In this document: in pieces, positions 15,997 to 24,833 of the stretch
Layout of the letters: each line of letters begins with the position of its first letter
Numbering within the stretch: position 1 is the stretch's first letter
From: an uncultured Clostridia bacterium
GTDB taxonomy: Bacteria > Bacillota > Clostridia > Christensenellales > UBA1242
NCBI GenBank assembly: GCA_948442695.1
Contig: CAOJSF010000005.1
Coordinates: 4,168-68,167 of the forward strand
Length of the DNA: 64,000 bases
Reading direction: 5' to 3'
The notes under the pieces: generated by a model
Told to the model about the DNA's origin: nothing
Seen by the model: the letters and a program-made list of their open reading frames with translations, nothing else
Databases searched by the model: none
Position numbers and translations under genes: made by a program

Positions 15997-17121
15997 TTAT
16001 TTTAATAATATCTCTTCAATAAACTTCTTTTGCTCTTCTATACACTTTCCTTCCGATTTGTTTGCCTCCTCAATTGTCATTTCGCTCATATATTTTTTTA
16101 ATTCTTGATTATAATCAAGAGATCTTAATGGTAAACCTTTTTGTATAACTTTGCTAGGCTTATCAATCATAAGACGATAACTTTTGAACAATTTACTATG
16201 ATAAACACCATTTTTATCACAAAGAACAAGTGCAACATTGAAGTATGAATCGCTTGCGCCACCAACGGCAGTCAACTTTTTTGAAAAAATATTTATTGTT
16301 TCTTGATCGGTAAGTTCTCGACCACCATATCTACGAACAAAAACTCCCGGCTGGTCTTCAGGTGCAAACTTCTCTATAATCAATCCACTGTCATTTGCAA
16401 GAACTGGCAAGCCTGTCGCCTCATGATAACTCTTTGCCTTAATCATTGCATTTTCAAGTTCTGTTTCTCCATTTTCTTCAATTTCTATATCAACTTTAAG
16501 GTCACACAAAGAACAATATTGAACTCCAAATTCATCAAAAATTTGAGCATAAATTGCCATTTTACCCAAATTTGATGTCGCTATCAGCGGTCTTTGTTCC
16601 TTCTTAATAATTTTACCATTTTGATATGAATTTATCTCATGAAAGCCCTCTTCAAGTTTTGGCCAGCCTTCAAATAATCTTTGTTTATAAATTTTAATAG
16701 CAAGAGGGATATCTTCAATATAATGAGAGGATCTACCCTCTTTTTCTTGACGCTGAATCACCCTTTTTTCGCTTTCTTCATCATCAATCAACAAAAGTTC
16801 TCCTGTTACTTTATAGCCATATTTTTGTGCTATTTCAATAATAGGCTTTCTTGAACTTGCAGGTACATTTGTGCTGTCGACAATAATAGTTTGTCCCGCT
16901 TTAGCACATTCATCTATTTGTTTGTGCATTTCATCAAAAACAATATTGTTGTATTTTGAATCATACTTTTTTGGTATAATTCCTCTATTGACAAAATCTC
17001 TTCTTATTTCATCACTGGCAAGGATTTTTCCGTACACCTTTAATGCCAAATTTTCTGCAAAAGTGCTTTTCCCAGCACCTACAATTCCCATTAAAAAATA
17101 TATATATATATATATTTTCAT
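15997..17121 (-). CDS. fusion protein: N-terminal P-loop kinase-like domain + C-terminal Ham1/RdgB-type (ITPase) NTP pyrophosphatase-like domain
   Basis: N-terminus: GIVGAGKST Walker A, DSTN. C-terminus: IATSNLGKM.., ENGETELENAMIKAKSY, LANDSGLIIEKF..PGVFVRRYGG (Ham1 pattern AT.N.gK / E.g.tf.eNA.lKA / DDSGL..PGv). The distal Ham1 motifs are diverged. Confidence 0.65.
   Translation of the reverse strand: MKIYIYIYFLMGIVGAGKSTFAENLALKVYGKILASDEIRRDFVNRGIIPKKYDSKYNNIVFDEMHKQIDECAKAGQTIIVDSTNVPASSRKPIIEIAQKYGYKVTGELLLIDDEESEKRVIQRQEKEGRSSHYIEDIPLAIKIYKQRLFEGWPKLEEGFHEINSYQNGKIIKKEQRPLIATSNLGKMAIYAQIFDEFGVQYCSLCDLKVDIEIEENGETELENAMIKAKSYHEATGLPVLANDSGLIIEKFAPEDQPGVFVRRYGGRELTDQETINIFSKKLTAVGGASDSYFNVALVLCDKNGVYHSKLFKSYRLMIDKPSKVIQKGLPLRSLDYNQELKKYMSEMTIEEANKSEGKCIEEQKKFIEEILLK
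17098..17115 (-). repeat. (TA)9 dinucleotide microsatellite inside codons 3-8 of the kinase-ITPase gene
   Basis: Plus strand (AT)9 at 17098-17115, read as I-Y-I-Y-I-Y in MKIYIYIYFLMGIVGAGKST. Confidence 0.9.
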
Positions 17122-17180
17122 GGAAAAATTTTATCATAATTATAAAAGAAAGTCAAATGAATCAACTCTCTTTTAATAAA

Positions 17181-17648
17181 TCATTTTTTAAGTTCTTTTC
17201 CACACTTACTGCAAAAATGTGCATCTATATTATTGCCTTCTCCACATTCGCATTGAACAATTCCAGCAACATTTTGTCCACAATTAGTGCAATATTGAGC
17301 ATTTTCAGAAAGTTCTGTCCCACACTTTGCACATTTAACAATATTTATTGTACCCATTGCCCTGTTTCCATCTTTGACACTGCCTTGATTTGTATTTATC
17401 ATTCCTAGGGCAGTAATAAGCATAACAAGAGATATACTTCCACTTGCAAGAGCAAGTAAAATAAGCATGACTCCAAATGAAATATTGAAAGCAATTTGAG
17501 ATGAGATATCACTTTTGCAACCATGGACAACCAAACTTATGCCAAAAGCAATAACCCCGACTGAAATTGCAAAAAGGACACTTGAAAAAACAAGTAATGA
17601 TTTTTTACCATATTTGGCTTCTTTATAAACTTTTTTATCTTTATTCAT
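17181..17648 (-). CDS. membrane protein with a C-terminal double zinc ribbon
   Basis: TM segments (LLVFSSVLFAISVGVIAFGISLVV; FGVMLILLALASGSISLVMLITALGMI), then CAKCG..CTNCG..CECG..CSKCG. Confidence 0.6.
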   Translation of the reverse strand: MNKDKKVYKEAKYGKKSLLVFSSVLFAISVGVIAFGISLVVHGCKSDISSQIAFNISFGVMLILLALASGSISLVMLITALGMINTNQGSVKDGNRAMGTINIVKCAKCGTELSENAQYCTNCGQNVAGIVQCECGEGNNIDAHFCSKCGKELKK

Positions 17649-17664
17649 AATTTTCTCCTAATGT

Positions 17665-18717
17665 TTATGATAACAGAAGTATTAAGAGTGGCACTCCTAT
17701 TACTAAAATTATTGAAAGCAATACAATAAATGAGATTTTAACTTTTGAGTAAGGCAATCCCCCACCTATATTTCCATTTTGTCCATTCATCAAATTGAAA
17801 TATTCCTTATTTTTATATTTAAAATTTACGAAATAGACTGGAACTAATGAGTATATATAACTTTCATTACTGAAATTTGAATCAATTGACAAACTTACTA
17901 CATTATTAAAATATCTGTTTTTTATCATCTTTATAATCTCTTGCTCGGCCATAAGTTTTGCCTCTTCAAATGCGTCAGTTGGTGTTTGATTATAATAACC
18001 AACACTATATCCCATAATAAAAGCACTGTCAAAATCATATCCTTCATTGAAATTGAAAGGCAATATTGATGAAAGATTTTGTTGATTTATTTTGTCACTG
18101 ACCTCGATAATTATATTGTTGAAATTGTGTTTTATATGCCCAGAAATCGGTCTTGTGCGTGTGACTACTTCTGTCTCACCATTTTTTTTAATTTCTTTTT
18201 TATATTCTTCAATTCCGTGATACATGGCATAAACATTGCAAGCAAAACTGAAAGATGGAATATAAGATGCGCCTATTTCAGTGTTAGGCAAACTCTTTTT
18301 AAATTCTTTTGGTAGAAAAAATTTGTTTTTTATATTTTTCTTAAAGACTTCCCTTGCATCCTCTTTGGAAATTTTAAATGGCAGGACAATTGAAGGTTTA
18401 AGCCCAGGAAGATCATTTAATGGCACAAGAGATGAAGTATTGCAATATTGACAGGTATTAGTCATTTCATATTTATTTAATATAATTTGACTGCCACAAT
18501 TAGAACATTGAAAACATCTGCTTGTATTTTCCCACTCTTTGAAGCCTTCATCTTCATCAGAATCAACAAGTGGCTTTTTTTTAGCATTTTTCTGATAATT
18601 TATAGGATAAATTTCCCCACATTTTAAACATTTTAATGCTTTATCTTTTGGGCTAAACTCAACTTTTCCACCACAAGAAGAACAATTATTGATAAGCATT
18701 ATATTTTTTCTCCACAT
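17665..18717 (-). CDS. zinc-ribbon protein with a C-terminal TM anchor (YdjG-like position)
   Basis: CSSCGG..CLKCG and CFQCSNCG..CQYCN ribbons; C-terminal TM (ISFIVLLSIILVIGVPLLILLL). Overlaps the upstream SPFH gene by 19 nt. Confidence 0.6.
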   Translation of the reverse strand: MWRKNIMLINNCSSCGGKVEFSPKDKALKCLKCGEIYPINYQKNAKKKPLVDSDEDEGFKEWENTSRCFQCSNCGSQIILNKYEMTNTCQYCNTSSLVPLNDLPGLKPSIVLPFKISKEDAREVFKKNIKNKFFLPKEFKKSLPNTEIGASYIPSFSFACNVYAMYHGIEEYKKEIKKNGETEVVTRTRPISGHIKHNFNNIIIEVSDKINQQNLSSILPFNFNEGYDFDSAFIMGYSVGYYNQTPTDAFEEAKLMAEQEIIKMIKNRYFNNVVSLSIDSNFSNESYIYSLVPVYFVNFKYKNKEYFNLMNGQNGNIGGGLPYSKVKISFIVLLSIILVIGVPLLILLLS

Positions 18718-19808
18718 TCAGGACAGAATTTTGCATTTGAATTTAATTGCTTTTTGCATTTTGGACATATTTTAGTCTTTATAAGTTTTTCTCCACAACT
18801 CACACAGAATTTTGCACCGCTTGAAACATTTTCACCACATTTTGGACATTTGATATTTTGACTTGCCCCACATTCAGGACAATAATTTGTTGATTTCGAA
18901 ATTTTTATTCCACATTTCACGCATTTGACAAGATCCTCTTCATCTTTTGCTGAATTTATAGCATTTGCAAACAATCCACCAACCTGCGCCCCTGCACCGA
19001 GTCCCACTCCGAGACCTGCAAGATTTCCGCCAGAAGGATTTTGTGCTGCATCACGAATTGCTTGAGCAGTTTGATATTGTGCATATGTGCCCATCTTATC
19101 ACCCAAAATACCGAGTTTGCTTCTTTCATCAAGCGTTTTTTCAACATCTTCAGGCAATGAAAGATTTTCAACAATCACCTGACATAATTTCAGTCCCATG
19201 CTTTTAAATTGAGAATCTGAAACTTGTGAAATTTTGTCAGAAATTTCTTTATAATTTGCAACAAGATCAAGTGCAGACACTCCACTTTCGCCGATTGCAT
19301 CTGAGATATTTTGAATAAGAATTGATTTACATTGTTCTGACAAATCTGAGACTTTATAAATACAATTTGTGCCAAAGACCTCTTTCATAAACACTTTGAC
19401 ATCATCAATTTTAAAACTATAAGTGCCAAAGCCTCTCAATCTGATTGACCCAAAATCAGCATCACGCATCATAATAGGATTCTGTGTCCCCCACTTTTGA
19501 CCTATAAATTGCTTTGTATTGACAAAATATATTTCTGCTTTTATTCTCGAATTAAATCCGGTTGGAAGCGAAAGAAGTTTTGTCAAAAAAGGAATATTCT
19601 CTGTTGTAAGTTTATAAGTGCCAGGGCCAAACACATCAGCAATTTCACCCTTATGCATAAAGAGTGCAACTTGTGACTCTCTGACAACAAGAGTAGAACT
19701 ATTCATAATCTCTTCACGATTCTTAAGAGGAAAACGATAAACTAAAATATCTTTATTTTCATCCTGCCATTCTATGATAGACAATAATTGCTTTCTAAAA
19801 AATCCCAT
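18699..19808 (-). CDS. SPFH/band-7 family protein of the YdjI type with C-terminal multiple zinc ribbons
   Basis: IIEWQDENKDILVYRFP..VVRESQVALFMHKGEIADVFGPGTYKLTTENIP..KAEIYFVNTKQF..WGTQNPIMMRD..IRLRGFGTYSFKI, then four CxxC pairs. Start set at the ATG with an AGGAG RBS (19808). Confidence 0.75.
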   Translation of the reverse strand: MGFFRKQLLSIIEWQDENKDILVYRFPLKNREEIMNSSTLVVRESQVALFMHKGEIADVFGPGTYKLTTENIPFLTKLLSLPTGFNSRIKAEIYFVNTKQFIGQKWGTQNPIMMRDADFGSIRLRGFGTYSFKIDDVKVFMKEVFGTNCIYKVSDLSEQCKSILIQNISDAIGESGVSALDLVANYKEISDKISQVSDSQFKSMGLKLCQVIVENLSLPEDVEKTLDERSKLGILGDKMGTYAQYQTAQAIRDAAQNPSGGNLAGLGVGLGAGAQVGGLFANAINSAKDEEDLVKCVKCGIKISKSTNYCPECGASQNIKCPKCGENVSSGAKFCVSCGEKLIKTKICPKCKKQLNSNAKFCPECGEKI

Positions 19809-20002
19809 ATTCTTCTCCTTAATTTTATTAAATAATATATAATTATTATACAATAAACTTTTTTAAAACACAACAAATTAAATAAAATTATAAAAAACAG
19901 ATATTGACTTTTCCCGAATTTTATTTAAAATTATTATTATCGGAAGACGAACTTGCTTGCAAGAGTGAGTCTGATAGTTTTACAGAATGTTAGGAGAAAT
20001 TA

Positions 20003-21210
20003 ATGCAAGACCTGTTTCATCTTTATGACAATTTTAAAAAAGAAGAAATCAAAAAAATAGAAATCTCTATAAACAAAATGTTGAATGCAACATTTCTTTA
20101 ATGTTTAAAGCAGAGGATGTTTTTTCAATCTTTCAAAAAGTAATTGAAATAAATGAAAAATTCAAAAAAACAAAACTTAATTTGCTTGCAATAGGCTTAA
20201 TTCTCGACCACGATTATCTTATAGATAATGAAATGCAAAATCTTAAAAAACTCAACTCTTTATTACAAAAATAAAACATCGCACTCTTTCTTGATATTTA
20301 TGATAAAAATTTCTCGTCCATAAAAATTGCAACCTTATGTGACGATTATTTGATATCAAAAACCAAACTGGATAATTTTATTAAAAAGTTAAATGATATG
20401 ACAATAACAGAAAATGGGACAACAAGACCTCTTGCAGTTTTTGAAAAATTCATGATTGTCTATCGTTTTGTTTCCAACTGAGCATATAAAATAGGCGATT
20501 TTGATGATAATAAAATGCGAACATGGGTTGGTGCTTGATTCCAGGAAAATTTAATTTGCACTGGCTATGCATCACTACTCAACAAAATGTGTGATCTGAT
20601 TTTTGATGAAAACGAATTAAAATGTTTTTACGAATGTTTAGAACTACCTGAAAAATCTGGCGATATATTATGTGAACATTGTGCAAATTCATTGTATATT
20701 AATGACCCTTTTTATAATATTAAAGGTTTTTATTATTGTGACCCTTGCGCTTAACGACCTCTTGACGGAAAAGACTCATCCTATTTGGTGATGCTTCAAC
20801 CATACTGCGAACTAGAAAAAGACAAACTTAATTATAAATTTTTTACTTCTGATATAATTACTGACTTTTGCCAACTTAAAACAGATTCTATTGCAAATTT
20901 TATACAATCTGAAAGAGACAAGTATATTATTGATAAGTTCAGCAAAAATGGCAAACTTCCAGTTTTTCAAAGAACATACAACAAATTCTTATAAAAAAAT
21001 GAAGCATTGTTCAAACCCGCAAGACCTTCAGCAAACACCATCAGAAATGGACTAAAAGCAGTTGCAAAATTTGAAAATAAAAACGAATTAGAAACTGAAA
21101 TATATATTGCTGAGAATATAGAATTATATAACAAATTTGTCGAATATTTTAATAAAGATAACAAAATTGAAAAAACTCAAGAAGAAAATGAAAAAATAAA
21201 TTTAATATAA
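20003..21210 (+). pseudogene. transglutaminase-like (Cys-His-Asp) protein gene disrupted by five in-frame stop codons
   Basis: A short ORF at 20003-20101 overlaps (TAATG) a 369-codon frame at 20101-21210. That single frame is interrupted by TAA 20272, TGA 20479, TGA 20536, TAA 20752 and TAA 20992. The conceptual product contains LICTGYASLLNKMCDLI .. CEHCANSLYI .. GFYYCDPC. Confidence 0.65.
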
Positions 21211-21228
21211 AATCACATAAAAAGTTAA

Positions 21229-21347
21229 AAGAATAACACTCATTTTTTCCTGTTATTCCTCCCGTCCATAAAGACAACACTCATTTATCTTGTCTCGTGT
21301 GTCTAAATAAAACATTTTCATTTGTGTTGTCTCGTGTGTCTAAAAAA
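21229..21347. repeat. three degenerate ~39-nt tandem units
   Basis: TTGTCTCGTGTGTCTAAA is exact at 21290-21307 and 21327-21344. (A/C)AACACTCATTT recurs at 21235 and 21276, and GACAACAC/GTGTTGTC are inverted copies. Confidence 0.6.
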
Positions 21348-21372
21348 AGAGGACTTTACATCCTCTTTTTTT
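21342..21372. terminator. bidirectional terminator (rubrerythrin / pseudogene side)
   Basis: AAAAGAGGA-ctttaca-TCCTCTTTT with A and T runs. Confidence 0.6.
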
Positions 21373-21412
21373 GCACAACATATTCATATTAAATTTCTCA
21401 AAATTTTCACAC

Positions 21413-22012
21413 TTACCAGCATCTTAATTCTTCTGGAACTATCACCTGGCAAACACCCTGTTCTGCCTGACAGAGCGGACAAGTTTCCCACGCCTCTTCT
21501 TCAAAAGAGATATAACCACAATTTGGGCAAATCCACATCTGTTTCTCAGGTTTTTTATAAAGTTCTTTACTCTTGAATTGCTGATAAAGATTTACAAACA
21601 AATTTTTATGTCTGATCTCGACTTCTCCTATCATTCTGAAAAGTTTGGCAACATCTTTGAAACCCTCTTTATCGGCAACTTCAGCAAACTCTTCATATGC
21701 CTCAGCCTCCAAAAGTTCGTCCTCAGCAAGAAGTCTTAAGTTCTCTTCCATATTCCATTTCTCTTTAAAAGGAAAACCTGCATTGATATCTATGTTTGAT
21801 ATTTCCTTTTGGTCTGCATCTTGAATGAATGTATAAAGCATTCTTGCATGATTAAATTCTTGATAAGCAATGGTATCAACAATTTGAGCAAGTGCTTCAA
21901 ATCCATTGTATCTAAGCCCGTATTCTACAAATTCATATCTTGTCCTTGCTTGACATTCACCTGCCCACGCTCTGGCTAAGTTTGTATATGTTTTACTTGA
22001 TTTTAATTTCAT
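21413..22012 (-). CDS. rbr: rubrerythrin
   Basis: N-terminal ferritin-like diiron domain (ECQARTRYEF.., QEFNHARML, EVEIRHKNLF) plus a C-terminal rubredoxin-like CPNCG..CPLCQ. Start at the ATG after a GGAGG RBS. Confidence 0.85.
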   Translation of the reverse strand: MKLKSSKTYTNLARAWAGECQARTRYEFVEYGLRYNGFEALAQIVDTIAYQEFNHARMLYTFIQDADQKEISNIDINAGFPFKEKWNMEENLRLLAEDELLEAEAYEEFAEVADKEGFKDVAKLFRMIGEVEIRHKNLFVNLYQQFKSKELYKKPEKQMWICPNCGYISFEEEAWETCPLCQAEQGVCQVIVPEELRCW

Positions 22013-22120
22013 AATTGTTCCTCCAAAAGAAAATATGTGCAATTTTAAAGTTTTTATGTAACTTTTTTGTCGGTTTTAATAAATTATCTTTTTTTTTAAA
22101 GAAATTTCAAGTAAAATGAA

Positions 22121-22137
22121 TTTTATAAATTATAAAA
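22121..22137. promoter_or_regulatory. possible Fur/PerR-family operator upstream of rbr
   Basis: Perfect 7-1-7 palindrome TTTATAA-A-TTATAAA about 110 nt upstream of the rbr start. AT-only palindromes are easily chance events in this genome. Confidence 0.2.
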
Positions 22138-22215
22138 TCGCAACTCATCTTTTTCTATTTATCTATCACTTAAACAAGAAAAACTTTCATATTTTTCATA
22201 TTTTTCTTGCGTAAC

Positions 22216-22247
22216 AAAAAAGACAGGAACAATCCCTGTCTTTTTTT
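22216..22247 (-). terminator. terminator of the U32 gene
   Basis: GACAGG-aacaatc-CCTGTC flanked by A6/T7. Confidence 0.55.
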
Positions 22248-24468
22248 ATAATTCTTTCATTATTCCAAAAATGGTATCAATAGATTTAGTATCATCTTTC
22301 TTTAAATAAAAATGGCAATTTACAACCTTTTTTCGCTCAAGCAAAAGCCTTACATTTGACAAATAATATGAAATATTATCTTTATATTTGCACTGTCCAC
22401 AATTACCTCCAAAATTTTCTTTTATAGGACAATGTTTAAAATAAATGAGTCGAGGCTTTCTATTATCAATGAAAAGTTGACATTTATCCGATTTAATATC
22501 CTCAAAATCAAATTCCTCTTTAGACAATACAATGTCTTTATATCCTTTTTTGATGTAAAAATCAACAGCATAACTATTAATTACATTCATTTCACTGCCG
22601 ATTATAGTCTTGTCAGGTGCTTTTAAGTTTAAACAATAATAATTTGTAGCATATACTCCTAATTCTGTCAGACTTTCCATTATTTCAATTAAACAATCTA
22701 AATCCTCTTTTGTTGCAATAAGTGGCATATCGAGAAATAGTTTTTTATTTTGATAATTATCATAAAATATTTTATATACATTCTCAATATCATCTTTTTT
22801 ATATAAAGATGGAGAATAAACAAAATACTCAAAATTTTCTTTATTTTCTTTAGAAATGTTTAAAATTTTATCAATATTATCAAAAAATGCAATATTTTTG
22901 CTGTTTTTTCCTGCTTTTTGTGTCGAAATCAACAAATTATCTTTTTCTATAATTGTTTCACTCTTTTCGTTGGCTCTTATCAAATGCTCTCGTAAAGTCT
23001 TCAGCACATCTCTTCTTGCTTCATTCAAATCTCCTCTTCTTATAAAGACATCATCAATATTGCAAGCAAGATTTTTTAAATTAAATTCATTTCCACATTT
23101 ATTAAAGGTCTGCAAAATATCTTCTTCTTTAAGAGGTTGTGACTTTGAAACGAATAAGACATTTTCAAAAGTTTTCTCAATTTCAACTTCACCCGACTTC
23201 AATCTAATTTTTAATAATAAATCACTTTTTGCTTCGACAAAGGCATCAAAATCAATCTTTTTTTCTTTGCTTAAAATTTCCTGTTCAAATTTACTATCAA
23301 CAATAAGCCTTACTATCTGACCAGTTTTTGCAACAGAAGTTGTTGTAAAAAGATAACGATTTTTACCAACAATCTTAATGTCAACTGGGCTTAACACCGA
23401 AGCCTCTTTTTCGTCATCAAACAATTTTATTGTATCACCTTTTTGAAGATTATGCCCACTTTCAATAATTACTTCGTTAAAGCGTTTTCCTTTTTTAAAT
23501 GAGATAACACTTCCGATTTTGACACCTATATGATTTTGCGCTTTGCCATATATTATCTTTTCACCATTCAAATATCCTGATATAAAATCACCACGATTGA
23601 ACACCTTTTTCAAGTTTGTTATGTCATCATTATCAAAATTAAAATTATTGTCGAGCACCTTTCTATATGTTTGAACAGCAGTTGAGACATATGCAGGTCT
23701 TCTTGCTCTCCCTTCAATCTTTAAACTAATCACCCCGCTGTCTACAAGGTCTTTAAGACTAGGCAATAAACAAAAATCCTTTGTGCTGAGATAATAGCCT
23801 TCTTCTCCACCATTGATTCTATATTTCAGGCGACAAAATTGTTTGCACTTACCTCGATTTCCACTCGCCCCCGCAAGCAGAGAACACAAATAGCAGTTTC
23901 CAGAAAAGCCCACGCATAAAGCACCCTGAACAAAATATTCAATTTCCAAATTCGTATTATTGCTGATTCTCTTGATTTCGCTTAGTGGTGTCTCTCTTGA
24001 AAGAACCACCCTTTTAAAGCCTAAACTTTCAATCAACTTTGCGCCTTCTAGATTATGAATCCCCATTTGAGTGCTTGCATGAAGTTCAATCCCCTGAAAA
24101 TTATTTTTGAGAAGATTTGCAATTCCGACATCTTGAACTATAAATGCATCAACTTTACATCTGTTTGCCTCTCGAACCAAATCCAAAACATCTTCCACTT
24201 CATCATCTTTAAAAAGAATATTAAGTGTAAGATAAACCTTCACGCCAAAAAGATGTGCAAACTCCACTGCCTCTTTTAAATTTTCTTTTGTAAAATTTTC
24301 AATGTTTCCTCTTGCATTAAAATCACTCAGTCCCAAATAAACAGCATCAGCCCCACCATCTATCGCACTTTTAAGACCCTGCATATTTCCGACAGGAGCA
24401 AGCAGTTCAACATTTGTATTTTTCTCGTTTTTAAAATTTTGCATGATATCTTTCAAACCTTTTTTCAT
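22246..24468 (-). CDS. peptidase U32 family protein (long two-module form)
   Basis: EYFVQGALCVGFSGNCYLCS (U32 signature) and GNRGKCKQFCR; 740 aa. Confidence 0.8.
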   Translation of the reverse strand: MKKGLKDIMQNFKNEKNTNVELLAPVGNMQGLKSAIDGGADAVYLGLSDFNARGNIENFTKENLKEAVEFAHLFGVKVYLTLNILFKDDEVEDVLDLVREANRCKVDAFIVQDVGIANLLKNNFQGIELHASTQMGIHNLEGAKLIESLGFKRVVLSRETPLSEIKRISNNTNLEIEYFVQGALCVGFSGNCYLCSLLAGASGNRGKCKQFCRLKYRINGGEEGYYLSTKDFCLLPSLKDLVDSGVISLKIEGRARRPAYVSTAVQTYRKVLDNNFNFDNDDITNLKKVFNRGDFISGYLNGEKIIYGKAQNHIGVKIGSVISFKKGKRFNEVIIESGHNLQKGDTIKLFDDEKEASVLSPVDIKIVGKNRYLFTTTSVAKTGQIVRLIVDSKFEQEILSKEKKIDFDAFVEAKSDLLLKIRLKSGEVEIEKTFENVLFVSKSQPLKEEDILQTFNKCGNEFNLKNLACNIDDVFIRRGDLNEARRDVLKTLREHLIRANEKSETIIEKDNLLISTQKAGKNSKNIAFFDNIDKILNISKENKENFEYFVYSPSLYKKDDIENVYKIFYDNYQNKKLFLDMPLIATKEDLDCLIEIMESLTELGVYATNYYCLNLKAPDKTIIGSEMNVINSYAVDFYIKKGYKDIVLSKEEFDFEDIKSDKCQLFIDNRKPRLIYFKHCPIKENFGGNCGQCKYKDNISYYLSNVRLLLERKKVVNCHFYLKKDDTKSIDTIFGIMKEL

Positions 24469-24833
24469 CTTTATTTTTTATAACAAACTTATCTCATTCT
24501 GTCTTTTTTATAACCATTTTTTCTTTCATAATTTTTTTATAATGGTTTTCTAAAATCTTCTATCTTTTTCGTTGTGCATAAATATCTTCTCTACACAAAA
24601 CTTTTATAATAAGCCATTCCACCATTCTTCGACTTCTTAATTATATCACAAAACTTTCACTTTTCAACGCAAATTTTTATAATTTTGAGACAAATATCAA
24701 AGCAAAAAATACAAGTATATTTGCTCTCTTTGAAGAAAAATTTAATATTAAATATATTATAAATTTTAATTAAATTATCTTTTCAAGTATTATTTGGATT
24801 TAAATGGCAAAAATATTGTTTGGAGGAAAAATT

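Noticed and set aside
20479-20538. TGA codons at apparent Trp positions suggested genetic code 4 (TGA=Trp) or a recoded element.
   Set aside because: All long ORFs in the window, including the 3560-codon gene, are intact under the standard code and use TGG for Trp. TGA terminates real genes (8250-9071; the IS30 transposase at 15585-15587). The same frame is also broken by three TAA codons. A pseudogene is the simpler reading.
21229-21347. A mini CRISPR array.
   Set aside because: There are only three degenerate units, the spacers are not distinct from the repeats, and no cas genes are present in the window.
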